DNA of 64,000 nt from a virus. A model generated the notes under the pieces. That model ran no database searches and was not told the origin of the DNA. It saw nothing but the letters and a program-made list of their open reading frames with translations. The stretch is from positions 16,645 through 80,644 of IMG/VR virus record IMGVR_UViG_3300045110_000102; one strand, written 5' to 3'. Positions 10,076 through 20,367 of this stretch are shown in pieces. The position numbers and the translations under genes are program-made. How positions within the stretch are numbered: the stretch's first letter is position 1; the number at the start of each line of letters is the position of its first letter.

Positions 10076-11911
10076 ATGGCACTGAAGCGGCTCGATGAAG
10101 AGTTCGAACTGAAGCCCGGCACGCAGTTGCTTCCGTACATGAAGCGATTGCTGCCGTCGCTTGAGGCTCGCTTCCAAGACTTGGAAGAAGTGGACCGCAT
10201 GCTGACCAAGATCGGCGAGGACATTCGTGCGGCGGCATTGCTGCGCATGAATGACATCCTGATCCCGGCAACCGAAGACATCCTCGCGGTCACCAAGCTC
10301 GGCTTCCTGCTCGCTCCGATCTCGACACCGTACACGCTCGTGCTCGGCTACATGGCGATGTACGTTGACGAAGGCGTGCAGCGCGACACGTTCACGCCGT
10401 CGCCTTATCTGATCATCGAGCACGTCGATGCGCCAGACGATTACGCCATCGCGCGGCTGGTCAACTACGATCAGAAGACCGGCATTCTTGAAGTGAACAT
10501 CACGGCGATCCACGGCTCGCCCGGTCCGCATCCCTACATGGTGTCATCGACGCCGGGCATGGCGGATTCAGCGAAGCTCTACCACGACGCCATCACGCCG
10601 ATGCACGAAGTGGTGGTGTCTGACCACGAGGAGGTGGTCTTCCTGCACGCCGAGATCATGGCCGCAGCGCAAGCGCTGGCGGAGTCTGGTCTCGATGCTT
10701 ACGCGTTCATTCGACGCGACGGCACCGTGCCGTTCGAGGCGCTGCAGGTTGGTCTCGCGCCGCCGTCGAACGCGAACGACAACTACATTCCGACCAGCGG
10801 ATGGGTGCGCTCGCGCATCGTCGAGTACGTCAACACGGCGGTGAAGAAGACCGGCGATGTGATGACCGGTCCGCTCACGATCCCGGCGTATCCGACGCAA
10901 GACGCGCACGCTGCCAGCAAGAAGTATGTCGATGATGCGTTCGGTGCTGGCGGCACGATGCGCGGCGACCTGACGATCAACGACAGCTATCCTTCGCTGC
11001 TGATGAAGCCGACAGGCCCGCAGCAGGATCGATTGCTCGAAGGTCTCAACTATGACGGCGCGCGCCGGTGGGTGATGGCGCTCGGCGATGGCTCTGACGA
11101 CTTCGCGCTGTATCGCTACGGCGACGCGGGCAACTATCTCGGCACCGGGCTGCACATCCGGCGCAGCGATGGCGGCGTGACGCTCGGGCCGATCTCCACC
11201 GGCTATCTCTCGAACGTCGGCGGCATGAACATCGACGGCGATCTTTATCTCCATCGCGGCACCAGCGGCACCGGCGTGGTCTTCCTCAATCACACCGGCA
11301 GCGCGTATCACTATTGGGACGGCGCGACGCACACCTTCACCGGTGGCGGCGGCGCGTTCCACGGTGGCATGAACGTGCATCACCTGAACTGCTACAGCAT
11401 CAGCACGCAGGGACACTGGACGACGACGTGGGGAATGACGTCGCACGGGCCGATAGACATCAACGGCGCGCTGACCATCCGTGGCGACATGGTCTTGGAG
11501 AGTCCGAACGCGAACTACATTCGGTTCTGGGATGGCACATGGGGCAACATGTACATCCACCACAACGACGACAACATCGGCTTCCTCGGTCACGACGGCG
11601 GTTGGCGCGCGTACGTCAACAACTCCTCGCAGATGTGGCTCGGCGCGTACGGATGGATTCACGACTACGTCAACAACACCGCGAGCCATCATGCGTGGAC
11701 GGCAGCGAACCATCGCTACAATGAAGTGGTCTACAGGATTCGCTTCGCGCATCTCGGCGACGTGCAGCACTACTACAACCAATTGCAGGAGCCGTGGGGC
11801 GCAGGCGTGATCACCGGCATCACCGGTTGCTACTCGTCCTACTACGTGATCGGTCGCTATCGGCAATGCCACATGATGATCGCGGGCGGCTGGTACGCTG
11901 CAAGCTACTGA
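10076..11911 (+). CDS. Tail fibre / receptor-binding protein
   Basis: K.GD.MTG.L and HAASKKYVD fibre motifs; Gly/Trp/His-rich beta C-terminus. Confidence 0.8.
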   Translation: MALKRLDEEFELKPGTQLLPYMKRLLPSLEARFQDLEEVDRMLTKIGEDIRAAALLRMNDILIPATEDILAVTKLGFLLAPISTPYTLVLGYMAMYVDEGVQRDTFTPSPYLIIEHVDAPDDYAIARLVNYDQKTGILEVNITAIHGSPGPHPYMVSSTPGMADSAKLYHDAITPMHEVVVSDHEEVVFLHAEIMAAAQALAESGLDAYAFIRRDGTVPFEALQVGLAPPSNANDNYIPTSGWVRSRIVEYVNTAVKKTGDVMTGPLTIPAYPTQDAHAASKKYVDDAFGAGGTMRGDLTINDSYPSLLMKPTGPQQDRLLEGLNYDGARRWVMALGDGSDDFALYRYGDAGNYLGTGLHIRRSDGGVTLGPISTGYLSNVGGMNIDGDLYLHRGTSGTGVVFLNHTGSAYHYWDGATHTFTGGGGAFHGGMNVHHLNCYSISTQGHWTTTWGMTSHGPIDINGALTIRGDMVLESPNANYIRFWDGTWGNMYIHHNDDNIGFLGHDGGWRAYVNNSSQMWLGAYGWIHDYVNNTASHHAWTAANHRYNEVVYRIRFAHLGDVQHYYNQLQEPWGAGVITGITGCYSSYYVIGRYRQCHMMIAGGWYAASY

Positions 11912-11920
11912 GGATTAACG

Positions 11921-12358
11921 ATGCTGGAATATATCGATCACGGCGACTGGGTTGCCTACAGGCCGGAGAAACACTGGCTGTTTGATCACAATCCGAGAGT
12001 GATGTTCTGCAAGCGCGTGTCCGATGGCGTTGATTGGTACGACTATCGCAGAGAGGTCGGCATCGCGACGTCAGTGTCGCTGAAGATGACGCTGAAGCAG
12101 TTCGAGGGTCGCTGGCAGGTGATGACCACGAACCGCGAAGGCGAGATGATCTGGCCGGAGAACACCAAGCTGATCGAGTTCGATTACGACGGCGAAGATC
12201 ACGAGCGACTGTGGCGCAAGTTCTTCGATCTGAAGACGCGCGAATTCACCGATCCCGAGCCAATGTCGGAGCGACCGTTCGTCGAAGCGCTCGCGAAGGA
12301 GCTTGGCGTCGATCAGGACAAGCTCATCAAATTCTTGGAAGGGAGCCGACATGGCTGA
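11921..12358 (+). CDS. Tail fibre assembly chaperone-like protein
   Basis: W..Y.P...DGVDWYDY; directly after fibre. Confidence 0.6.
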   Translation: MLEYIDHGDWVAYRPEKHWLFDHNPRVMFCKRVSDGVDWYDYRREVGIATSVSLKMTLKQFEGRWQVMTTNREGEMIWPENTKLIEFDYDGEDHERLWRKFFDLKTREFTDPEPMSERPFVEALAKELGVDQDKLIKFLEGSRHG

Positions 12359-12644
12359 CATAGCTTTCTTTGAAGGGCGACAGACAAATCAGATTCCTGT
12401 CGCGCACGAGGTCTGGCCAAAGTCACCGCTGACGATGACGGCGATGACGATGGAGTGCAATCCTGTTGGGCAGGTGGTGGTGACGCCTATTGTGCAGGAT
12501 CAGAACGTCGGCGACTACGTACGCGAGATTCGCATCTTCTCACTGGCATCGGCTGGTGTTGAGCCGAGGCTGTTGCTTGCAGTCAAGATGCACGGACTCA
12601 CCGTCAAGCAGCTAGAGATCATCACGCCACCAAGCACGATGTAG
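12351..12644 (+). CDS. Hypothetical protein
   Basis: GGGAG RBS, ATG 12351. Confidence 0.55.
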   Translation: MADIAFFEGRQTNQIPVAHEVWPKSPLTMTAMTMECNPVGQVVVTPIVQDQNVGDYVREIRIFSLASAGVEPRLLLAVKMHGLTVKQLEIITPPSTM

Positions 12645-12675
12645 ATTCCCCCCGCTCACAAATAAGGAGACGACA

Positions 12676-14445
12676 ATGGGCGATCCGGTATTTGGTATTA
12701 GCATTCGCAAAGTCGATGAAGGCGCGCGGCCCGTACTTGCCGCCGACCTTTCCACCATCGGACTCATCGGTCCCTCACCGCTGGCCGATCAGGTTATCTA
12801 TCCGCTCGACACTCCGGTGTTCCTGAACTCGAACGATCACAACAAGACGAAGAAGCTCGGCTACTCCGGCTACCTCGCCGACGCTGTGCGCGCGATCAAC
12901 GATCAGCTTGGCGAGACGCAGTTCGCTGGCCGCATCGTTGTGATCCGCACTGCGCAGGGCACCGACCCTGATCCCGCACTGGCGCTGCAGCAGACCATCA
13001 GCAACATCGCTGGCGACTCGCTGCAGGGCACCGGCATGTGGGCGTTCCTCAAGTCTGCAGCGAAGCTCGGCTTCACGCCGCGCATCCTGCTTGCGCCCGG
13101 CTACACCTCGCAGATGGCGAACGGCATCGGCAGGATCGAGCGCACCGCGCCCGGCCAGAACTACGTGATGGATCATCTCTATCCCATCGAGTTCGAGGGC
13201 GGCGGCATCAACGTGGTGCCCGCGACCGGCCACGCCATCGGCATGAGCAACGGCACGCTCGGCCCGGTGGTGCTCGAACTGCCCGGCGCTTGGTACGACA
13301 GCCCGCCGACGGTGGTCGTTCCTCCGCCCGGCTACACCTGCACGGCTGCGGCCATCGGGACCGGTGGTCTCGGCTATACGGTCGGCGAGCAACTGATGAT
13401 GCCTGACAACGTCATCCTCAACGTTGACTCGATTGATGACGTCGGCGGCAACGGCGCGATCCTCACAGCGAGCGTCGTCAATGCTGGCTTCATCGTCGGC
13501 ACCACCGCGCCGCCGACGGTGCCGGTCGAGCCGCTGTCATCGACTGGTGCTGGCACCGGCGCGACCTTCACCGAGACGTGGGACGTGAGCGGCGAGCTTG
13601 CAGCGTACGAAGCCGAGGTGATGGCGGGTGCGAATCCGATCGTCGCCAGCGCGACGCCGATCTGCAATCAGTTGCTCGGTCACATGATCGTCGAGAGCGC
13701 AGGCTCTTCGATGCAGAACGACTTCGACTGGCGTGAGACGATGCAGAGCCATCGCCTGATCGCACTGTCGGGCGGCTGTCGTGTGATGGACCCGATCACG
13801 TCGTACATCGTGATCCGTCCGCTCGCGCCGCGTATGGCTGGCATCATGATCCGTCGCGATCACGAGACCGGCGCGCCGTTCCACTCTGCGGCGAACCAAG
13901 CGGTGCAGGGCATCGTCAGCCCGAACCGCGACATCGGATTCAATCTGACCGACAGCGCGAACGAAGCGCAGGAGTTGCTCGGAGCGAACATCGGTGTGCT
14001 GGTGCGTGGCGAGATCGGCGACGACTTCGCAATCGCGTCGGGCGGCTTCGTGCTGATCTCGACCGACAACGTCGGCGAAGACCCGATTTGGCAAATGTAT
14101 AATGTCATGAGAGGACGCGATTACATTCACCTCGGGATGCTCAAGACGCTGCGCTTCTATCTCGGTCGCTACAACATCATCGGTCACACGGTGCAGGCGA
14201 TCCTGAACACCATGCAGTTCTTCCTGCGCGACCTGCATGCCGATCAGCACATCCTCGGCTACAAGGTGAACTTCCGCACCGAGGGCAACTCGCCGGAGCA
14301 GATCAGGCTCGGCCATCTCACCGTCGGCTTCAAGGCAGAAGAGCCGCCGGTCCTCAAGCATCTCACCATCGAGTCTTCGCGCTATCGCGAAGCCATCGAC
14401 GAGATGGTCGCCGATCTCGCAACGCAGTTGAATCTCGCTGCGTAA
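12676..14445 (+). CDS. Tail sheath protein (P2 FI-like) with insertion domain
   Basis: PRIL.APG, RD...G.PFHS.AN, N.PEQIRLG.L.V....EEPP. Confidence 0.92.
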   Translation: MGDPVFGISIRKVDEGARPVLAADLSTIGLIGPSPLADQVIYPLDTPVFLNSNDHNKTKKLGYSGYLADAVRAINDQLGETQFAGRIVVIRTAQGTDPDPALALQQTISNIAGDSLQGTGMWAFLKSAAKLGFTPRILLAPGYTSQMANGIGRIERTAPGQNYVMDHLYPIEFEGGGINVVPATGHAIGMSNGTLGPVVLELPGAWYDSPPTVVVPPPGYTCTAAAIGTGGLGYTVGEQLMMPDNVILNVDSIDDVGGNGAILTASVVNAGFIVGTTAPPTVPVEPLSSTGAGTGATFTETWDVSGELAAYEAEVMAGANPIVASATPICNQLLGHMIVESAGSSMQNDFDWRETMQSHRLIALSGGCRVMDPITSYIVIRPLAPRMAGIMIRRDHETGAPFHSAANQAVQGIVSPNRDIGFNLTDSANEAQELLGANIGVLVRGEIGDDFAIASGGFVLISTDNVGEDPIWQMYNVMRGRDYIHLGMLKTLRFYLGRYNIIGHTVQAILNTMQFFLRDLHADQHILGYKVNFRTEGNSPEQIRLGHLTVGFKAEEPPVLKHLTIESSRYREAIDEMVADLATQLNLAA

Positions 14446-14541
14446 TATTCTCACCCGTTCGGGCAGCACGAACTGACGTGCTTAAAACTGTAGGGACGAC
14501 TGCAAGCGTCCGCCCGAACACTTCTTGAAAGGAATGATTCA

Positions 14542-15126
14542 ATGGCAAACCTCGGCACTATCTACGTGATGGAGTCCGCGAACCTGATCGTCGGCGACCG
14601 TGGCAACAACGGCTCGGCGGCGGGTATCTCGACGCATCTCGTGCTGCAAGAGTTGAAGCTCCCGATGCTGGAGGAGAACAACGTTGACCACGCACCCGGC
14701 GGCGCGCCGGTGGCAATCGAGATTCCCACGCACATCAACAAGCTCGAAGCGACGTTCAACCTCGCTGGCTGGGACCCGATGATCATGGGCAAGATCGGGC
14801 GAGAGGGATACGAGCATCACGTCTTCACCGCGTACGGACTGATCAGGGATCGTCGTACCTCGACGGCGCTGCAGGCCATCGCGGTGATGCAGGGTCGGCT
14901 CGGTCGCGTCAATCCGACCGCGTTCTCGAAGGGCAACCTGATGGCGCACGAGTACTCGATCAAGACCATCGTGCACTATGAACTGTGGATGCAGATGTCG
15001 GCGGAGGACAAGGACCCGACCGAGATTTACTGGTGGGACTTCTTCACCTCGCGTCTGCGCAGTGGTCGCGAAGAACTCACCGACCGCATGGTCAACGTGC
15101 TCGCGATCCCGGCGAACCCGGTCTAA
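14542..15126 (+). CDS. Tail tube protein (P2 FII-like)
   Basis: LKLP.L....H.PGG, KLEATF, GRLG; follows sheath. Confidence 0.88.
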   Translation: MANLGTIYVMESANLIVGDRGNNGSAAGISTHLVLQELKLPMLEENNVDHAPGGAPVAIEIPTHINKLEATFNLAGWDPMIMGKIGREGYEHHVFTAYGLIRDRRTSTALQAIAVMQGRLGRVNPTAFSKGNLMAHEYSIKTIVHYELWMQMSAEDKDPTEIYWWDFFTSRLRSGREELTDRMVNVLAIPANPV

Positions 15127-15129
15127 GCG

Positions 15130-15297
15130 ATGGCGATGACAGTCGCGCAATTGATTGCCGAGCTTCAGAAGATGGAGGTCGGCAAGCGCGTCGTCGTCGC
15201 AGATCGCGACGGCGCGGGCGGTCACGAGGACATCGAGTTCATCGACAAGCGAGTCGATAGGGGCGAAGACGTCGTCGCGATCTGGTTTCACCATTAA
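15130..15297 (+). CDS. Small hypothetical protein
   Basis: 55-aa ORF MAMTVAQLIAELQK..., below the ORF-track cutoff. Confidence 0.55.
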   Translation: MAMTVAQLIAELQKMEVGKRVVVADRDGAGGHEDIEFIDKRVDRGEDVVAIWFHH

Positions 15298-15308
15298 CGG
15301 GAGCGGCA

Positions 15309-15764
15309 GTGATCACGCACAATAAGATGGGCGGTCGCACCGTCGAGCTATTCATTCCGTTCGAGCACGGCGGCAAGAAGATCGAGAAGATCACCTTCTC
15401 GCCGCTGCTGCTCGGGCACGTGCTGCGCTGGAATGAAGGCGCGTGGAAAACCATGATCGGCTTGCTGGTCGAGCTTGCCGACGTGGACGAGACAGTCGTT
15501 CGCGGTTTGCGCTATCCGGACGCCGACCGGATCATGGAGACGTTCCTCGGCATGCTGACGCCGGAGATACGCGACGACATCGGCAACAACCGCATCCCGA
15601 CTCCGTTCAACGCCGACGAAGATGTCGAGGCTGCGATGCGAGCGGTCGCGGCAGGACAGACGGCGAATGGCGGCGACGATGGTCAGGGGCTCGACCCATC
15701 CCTGATGCGTGGCCCGGGCGTGCCGCTGCCGGAAGCTGGATTCGATCTGAGCGAAGAACCCTGA
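15309..15764 (+). CDS. Tail assembly chaperone (gpE-like)
   Basis: L..P.EHGGK.I..I, L.YPD; lies between tube and tape measure. Confidence 0.7.
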   Translation: MITHNKMGGRTVELFIPFEHGGKKIEKITFSPLLLGHVLRWNEGAWKTMIGLLVELADVDETVVRGLRYPDADRIMETFLGMLTPEIRDDIGNNRIPTPFNADEDVEAAMRAVAAGQTANGGDDGQGLDPSLMRGPGVPLPEAGFDLSEEP

Positions 15765-15777
15765 AAGGGTTTGAACG

Positions 15778-18700
15778 ATGGGCGCTAACGACCAAGAGAC
15801 AACGGTCCGCATCACCGCCGAGGACAACACCAGCAAAGCGGTGACGTCTATCGGCGCGCGGTTCTATGCCCTGCACAAGGAAGCGCAGGCGATGTTCCGT
15901 GGCTACGCTGACGGCGCGCTGGTCAGCACCAAGTCCATCGAGATGTTCGCGAAGAAGAACAAGACCACCTTCGATGAAGCCTTCCAGCAGATGCAGAAGC
16001 TGCACGACGCCGAGAACAAAGCGTTCAAGGCGCGGCAGGACGCTGCCGCCAACACGGACAAGGACAACACGAAGCAGGCGGCTGGCGCGAAGGGTGTCGC
16101 CAAAGAACTGGCGGGGATGGCCGCGCGCTATCTGTCGGTCGCCGCTGCCGTCGATATCGTGCGGCGTTCGTTCCTCGGCTTTGCCGACTTCGACAAGAAG
16201 ATGCGGCTGATCCAGAACGGCACCGACGCGACCAAGGAGCAGATGAAGGAATTCTCCGCTGTCATCAAGCAGGTCTCGGCGGAGACCGGCGCAAGTCTCG
16301 ACGACGTCGCCGAAGGCTTCAAGACATTGCAGGAGACCGCGAACCTCTCGCTCGCCGAGACGCAGAAGATATTGCCGGAGCTTGCGGTGCAGGCCGATGG
16401 CATGGGCGTCAGCGTCACGCAGCTTGGTCGGCTGATGGGCGAGATGATGCGCAACTTCAACATCCCGGCTGCGGATGCCAGCCGCGCGATGGAGATCATC
16501 TCGCACGGCGCGCGCAAGCTCGGGCTCAACGTCGGCGATCTCGGCCCGGCGATCTCTGGTCTCACGTCGTCGATGGCGGAGTGGGGATACACCGGGGCCG
16601 AAGGTGCGGCGCGCATGGTCGCGATGCTCGGCGAAGCGCGCAAGGCGACCGGCGATTCCTCGAAGGCCGCGCAGGTTCTCAGCAACATCTTCGAGAAGCT
16701 CGGCTCGGGACAACTGGCAGAAGCGCTCGGCAAGAATCCGCAGATGCTCTACAAGCAACTGAAGGAGATTCAAGCCGCAGGCGGCGACGTCATGGGCGCG
16801 ATTGTCGCCATGATGGAAAAGGCGACCGATCAGCGCAAGGTGGCTGAAGCCATCGGCGTTCGCGACATCAAGGTCGTGCGCAAGCTGACCGAGTCGTGGG
16901 GCGACATGACCGGCAAGATCACCGAAGCGAAGAACGCGCAAGGTGGTTACGCTGCAGGATTGAACACGCTCAACAGCGCGCAGGGTCGCGTCAATCAGTT
17001 GATGGCGAGCATCGTCGAGTTGATGAACTCGCTCGGCGCACTGCTCGATGCGCTCGGCGCAACCACCGCACTGAAGTTTCTCGCCGATCAGATCATGGCC
17101 GCAGTCAAAGGCATGGAGCGTCTGACCGAGTTGTGGAAGTGGATCACCGGGCAGGAGATCAAGAAGCCCGAATGGATTCCGCAGAGCGGCGCGGAGTTCA
17201 GGCATCGGCTGTGGGGCTCGCGCGAGTATGGCGGCTTCGGCGAATTGAAGCGACCGTGGGATCGCGAGAAGAACGCGCCGGGCATGACGAAGGAAGAGAA
17301 GGCGGCGGAGCAGAAGCGCATCGAGTCGATGTCGCCGCAAGAGAAGGCGCTGTACGAGCAGGGCTTGAAGCGCCAGCGCGAACTGAACCAGCAGATCGAG
17401 ACCACGACCGGCAACATCAAGAAGATGTCGTTCGCGTTGCCGGACACGCCGGGCTTCAAGGTGTGGAAGACCGCGCTCGGTGTCCCGCAAGGCGGCGGCG
17501 CTCCGAGTGCTGGCTATGGTGGCAGCGGCGATGCGTCGGTGCTTCCTGCATCGTACTCGCCGGGCGGCGGTCTCGTGCATCGCGCGAGCTACGGCGGCGG
17601 CGACGGCACGCCAATCGGCAATGCATTCTCGCGCGCGAACGCGATGGGCGCGGGCACACGCAACGTCGTGGACTTCGCTGCGGCGCGCGCGCGTCGCGTG
17701 TCGTATGGCGGCAGCGCGGACGCGCGCACGCTCGATGCTGATTATCATCCCGGCGAAGGCGGTTACCTCGGCGGGCCGGGCGGCGGTGTCGGCCCCGGCT
17801 ACGGTGGGCACGGTGCAGGCGGTCCGGGCATCCCCGGCATGGAGCGCGCTGGTCCCGGCGGCTATGGCTCATCCTATGGCGGCGGCAGTCAACCGCAGAT
17901 GACGGGGCGCGGATCGTCGCTGCCGGGCGCTGGCGGAGAGCGCACGCACGCGAGCCTTCCACCACCGAGCGGACCGCAGTCGCCGACTGAACCGTCTGGT
18001 GCCGTCGATGAGCACGGGCACGCGCACACCGGTGTCGGCGGCTATAACTTCATGGGCAGCGAACGCGCACGGAGGATGGGTTACAACATCCAGCACGGAA
18101 GCCGCGAAGCGCAGATGCCGTTCGCGACTGGCATTCCGAAGGATGCATACGGCGGCAGGCTGTCAACGATCCGCGCGAACAAGTACGCCGGACCGGACAT
18201 GGCGGGCTTCCTGAAAGACCTGCACGAGGCTGGCGCGCCGCTCGATCAATTCGCTGGTGCCTACGTCAACAAGCCACGGCAACACGGCTACGGCAACGCG
18301 CTCGACATCGAGACCGGCTTCGGCAGCGGACCGGACAACAGTCCAAAGCTCCACGCGTGGGCGATGAAGAACCCGGAGCTATTCAAGAAGATTCAAGCGC
18401 AGCGTCATATGCGCAACCTCGATCCGACATCCGGATCGACGGTGAAGGATTGGGGACACTTCGAGTGGACGCCGACCGGCAGAGCGCCAGTGGGCCAGAC
18501 GCAGACCGCGTCCGCCGATGCAGCAAACCCGATGGGTACGCCTGACACTGCGCCAGCGGCGGGCGGAACGGCATCAGGAGACTTCAAAGGGAATCGCGTC
18601 AACCAAGACGTCCTGAAGACGCGCATTCAACAAGCCAACTCCGAATGGATGAAGGACCCCAAGAATCAACAGAAGATTTTCCGAACGCTTCAGGCTGAAG

Positions 18701-19494
18701 GCGGCGGCAACATAGCTGCCAACTTGGAGCAGATGTCGAACTACGCAGCGTCCAGAAACAAGAGCCTGCAACAGGTTGTGGAAGCTCGGGGCACCAAACA
18801 ATTCTATGGTCCGCTTCGGCGTTTCCACGGTGATCCCGGCGCAGGGCGAATGATGCCGCATGAGCGTGATGCGTACAACAGCGCATGGACTCCACAGAAG
18901 CAGGCGGCGTGGGACAAGGCCAGCAACGAGGTGTTCTCTGGCGGGTCCAACAGAATCAATTACGCAACCGATCAAGGAACGGTCGGCGATCCGAACTATG
19001 ACCCGAACAGGATGACCAACGTCGGCGGCAATATGTTCGGTGTTCAACCGGGCACTGGAAAGTGGGTTAGTGCGCAGCGAGGTAAGCCACAAGTCGAAGG
19101 TCCAGTCACCGCTGTCGCCGAAGCGCCGAAGACTGAGACGCCAGCGACGACGCAGACTGCAGAGGCAGGGCAAGACAACACGCCGCTCGGTCGCGCGTTC
19201 GCAGCGAGCCAACGCAGCAGGACGCGCGGCATTACCAGAGACCCGGTGCACGATGCTCAGATGGAGCGCCATCGCGAGGAGACCGAGGCGCTGAAGAAGA
19301 AGGACGCCGCAGCACCAGCGGAGGAGCCGTCGATCCCAGAGCGAGCGAAGAACGAAGTCGAGAAGCCGCTGCAGATGAATGTCAAGGTCAACCAGAACGA
19401 CGTGCAATTCGCGCGCTCATCGATGAAGCGACAGGCTGATCGTGAGGTGCGCGAAGCGCGGTGGAGTTCGTACAGCGACATAGGTGCTGCATGA
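15778..19494 (+). CDS. Tape measure protein with C-terminal M15-peptidase-like and SleB-like domains
   Basis: Helical TP901-type core; HGYGNALDIE..DWGHFEW; AEG..E..N..QF..GGNMF. Confidence 0.85.
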   Translation: MGANDQETTVRITAEDNTSKAVTSIGARFYALHKEAQAMFRGYADGALVSTKSIEMFAKKNKTTFDEAFQQMQKLHDAENKAFKARQDAAANTDKDNTKQAAGAKGVAKELAGMAARYLSVAAAVDIVRRSFLGFADFDKKMRLIQNGTDATKEQMKEFSAVIKQVSAETGASLDDVAEGFKTLQETANLSLAETQKILPELAVQADGMGVSVTQLGRLMGEMMRNFNIPAADASRAMEIISHGARKLGLNVGDLGPAISGLTSSMAEWGYTGAEGAARMVAMLGEARKATGDSSKAAQVLSNIFEKLGSGQLAEALGKNPQMLYKQLKEIQAAGGDVMGAIVAMMEKATDQRKVAEAIGVRDIKVVRKLTESWGDMTGKITEAKNAQGGYAAGLNTLNSAQGRVNQLMASIVELMNSLGALLDALGATTALKFLADQIMAAVKGMERLTELWKWITGQEIKKPEWIPQSGAEFRHRLWGSREYGGFGELKRPWDREKNAPGMTKEEKAAEQKRIESMSPQEKALYEQGLKRQRELNQQIETTTGNIKKMSFALPDTPGFKVWKTALGVPQGGGAPSAGYGGSGDASVLPASYSPGGGLVHRASYGGGDGTPIGNAFSRANAMGAGTRNVVDFAAARARRVSYGGSADARTLDADYHPGEGGYLGGPGGGVGPGYGGHGAGGPGIPGMERAGPGGYGSSYGGGSQPQMTGRGSSLPGAGGERTHASLPPPSGPQSPTEPSGAVDEHGHAHTGVGGYNFMGSERARRMGYNIQHGSREAQMPFATGIPKDAYGGRLSTIRANKYAGPDMAGFLKDLHEAGAPLDQFAGAYVNKPRQHGYGNALDIETGFGSGPDNSPKLHAWAMKNPELFKKIQAQRHMRNLDPTSGSTVKDWGHFEWTPTGRAPVGQTQTASADAANPMGTPDTAPAAGGTASGDFKGNRVNQDVLKTRIQQANSEWMKDPKNQQKIFRTLQAEGGGNIAANLEQMSNYAASRNKSLQQVVEARGTKQFYGPLRRFHGDPGAGRMMPHERDAYNSAWTPQKQAAWDKASNEVFSGGSNRINYATDQGTVGDPNYDPNRMTNVGGNMFGVQPGTGKWVSAQRGKPQVEGPVTAVAEAPKTETPATTQTAEAGQDNTPLGRAFAASQRSRTRGITRDPVHDAQMERHREETEALKKKDAAAPAEEPSIPERAKNEVEKPLQMNVKVNQNDVQFARSSMKRQADREVREARWSSYSDIGAA

Positions 19495-19739
19495 GAGACC
19501 AAGACTGGGTCGTCACCTTCAAGGTTGAAACGCGTCAAGGCACATCGATCACCGAGTTCTATCGTGGCTCGCGCAACGAGTGCCTGCGCATCAAGGAGAT
19601 GAGCACCAGCGGCGGCTCTGATGATCAGCAGGCAACGCGCGGCTGGCGCGCCATCGCCGGGCTTGCGCAGGAGTGGGACGACTTCATCGACCACGAGAGT
19701 CCGGTCGAGGTGTTTGCTGTTGCGATGATGGGGCGGTGA
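19491..19739 (+). CDS. Hypothetical protein
   Basis: ATG overlaps the tape measure stop (ATGA). Confidence 0.55.
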   Translation: MRDQDWVVTFKVETRQGTSITEFYRGSRNECLRIKEMSTSGGSDDQQATRGWRAIAGLAQEWDDFIDHESPVEVFAVAMMGR

Positions 19740-19743
19740 TCGA

Positions 19744-20367
19744 ATGGCGAACTGGGTTCTGTTTCAATGGGGGCCGATTCAATTTCAGGTCTTTCCGTTC
19801 AACGTCAACGAGATGTCGCATCACACCGGTGCTGACTGGGCGAAGAAGGAGATCGCCGGTGCCGCGATGTATCGCGAGTGGGTTGGTGAGAACGACGAGC
19901 AGATCACGCTGAAGGGCCGCGTCTTCCCGCACTTCTTCGCGCGCGCTGCGTACACGCGCAAGATCAGACAGCCAGTGGTCGGCGGCGGAGCGGTGATGAC
20001 CGTATCGCCCGACGAGAACAATCCGGTCGGCGGGCTGTTGCAGCAGCACACCGGCGGCGACTTCGCCAACAGCGGCGGGCTCACGCATCTCGACGTGATC
20101 GACAACATGCGCAGGCTCGGTCAGGCGCACGTGCTGATCCGTGGCGATGGCTGGCACTTCGGCTGGTTCATCATCGAGACGCTCAATCGCGGACACTCGC
20201 TGATCGCGCCCGACGGCATCGGCCAGATGATCGAGTTCGAGGCGAGCTTCCAACGCGTGCCGATCCCGAACGACGGCGCGTCGAACTATGGACAGATCAC
20301 GGGATCGGGTGGCGTGCAGAACGAAGCACCGTCACCGGCACCAGCGCCGCCGGACAGGTTCGCATGA
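19744..20367 (+). CDS. Tail protein U (P2 gpU-like)
   Basis: EWVGE...ITLKG.VFP; RGDG..FGWF.I. Confidence 0.85.
   Translation: MANWVLFQWGPIQFQVFPFNVNEMSHHTGADWAKKEIAGAAMYREWVGENDEQITLKGRVFPHFFARAAYTRKIRQPVVGGGAVMTVSPDENNPVGGLLQQHTGGDFANSGGLTHLDVIDNMRRLGQAHVLIRGDGWHFGWFIIETLNRGHSLIAPDGIGQMIEFEASFQRVPIPNDGASNYGQITGSGGVQNEAPSPAPAPPDRFA

Noticed and set aside
10076-12358. Diversity-generating retroelement or invertible tail fibre
   Set aside because: No reverse transcriptase, invertase or template repeat seen
15309-15844. Programmed -1 frameshift in the tail chaperone
   Set aside because: No convincing XXXYYYZ slippery site, and the tape measure starts 13 nt after the stop
15607-17811. Long antisense ORFs (also 10568-11872 and 40246-41622)
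   Set aside because: Shadow frames of GC-rich genes, with no RBS or recognisable motifs
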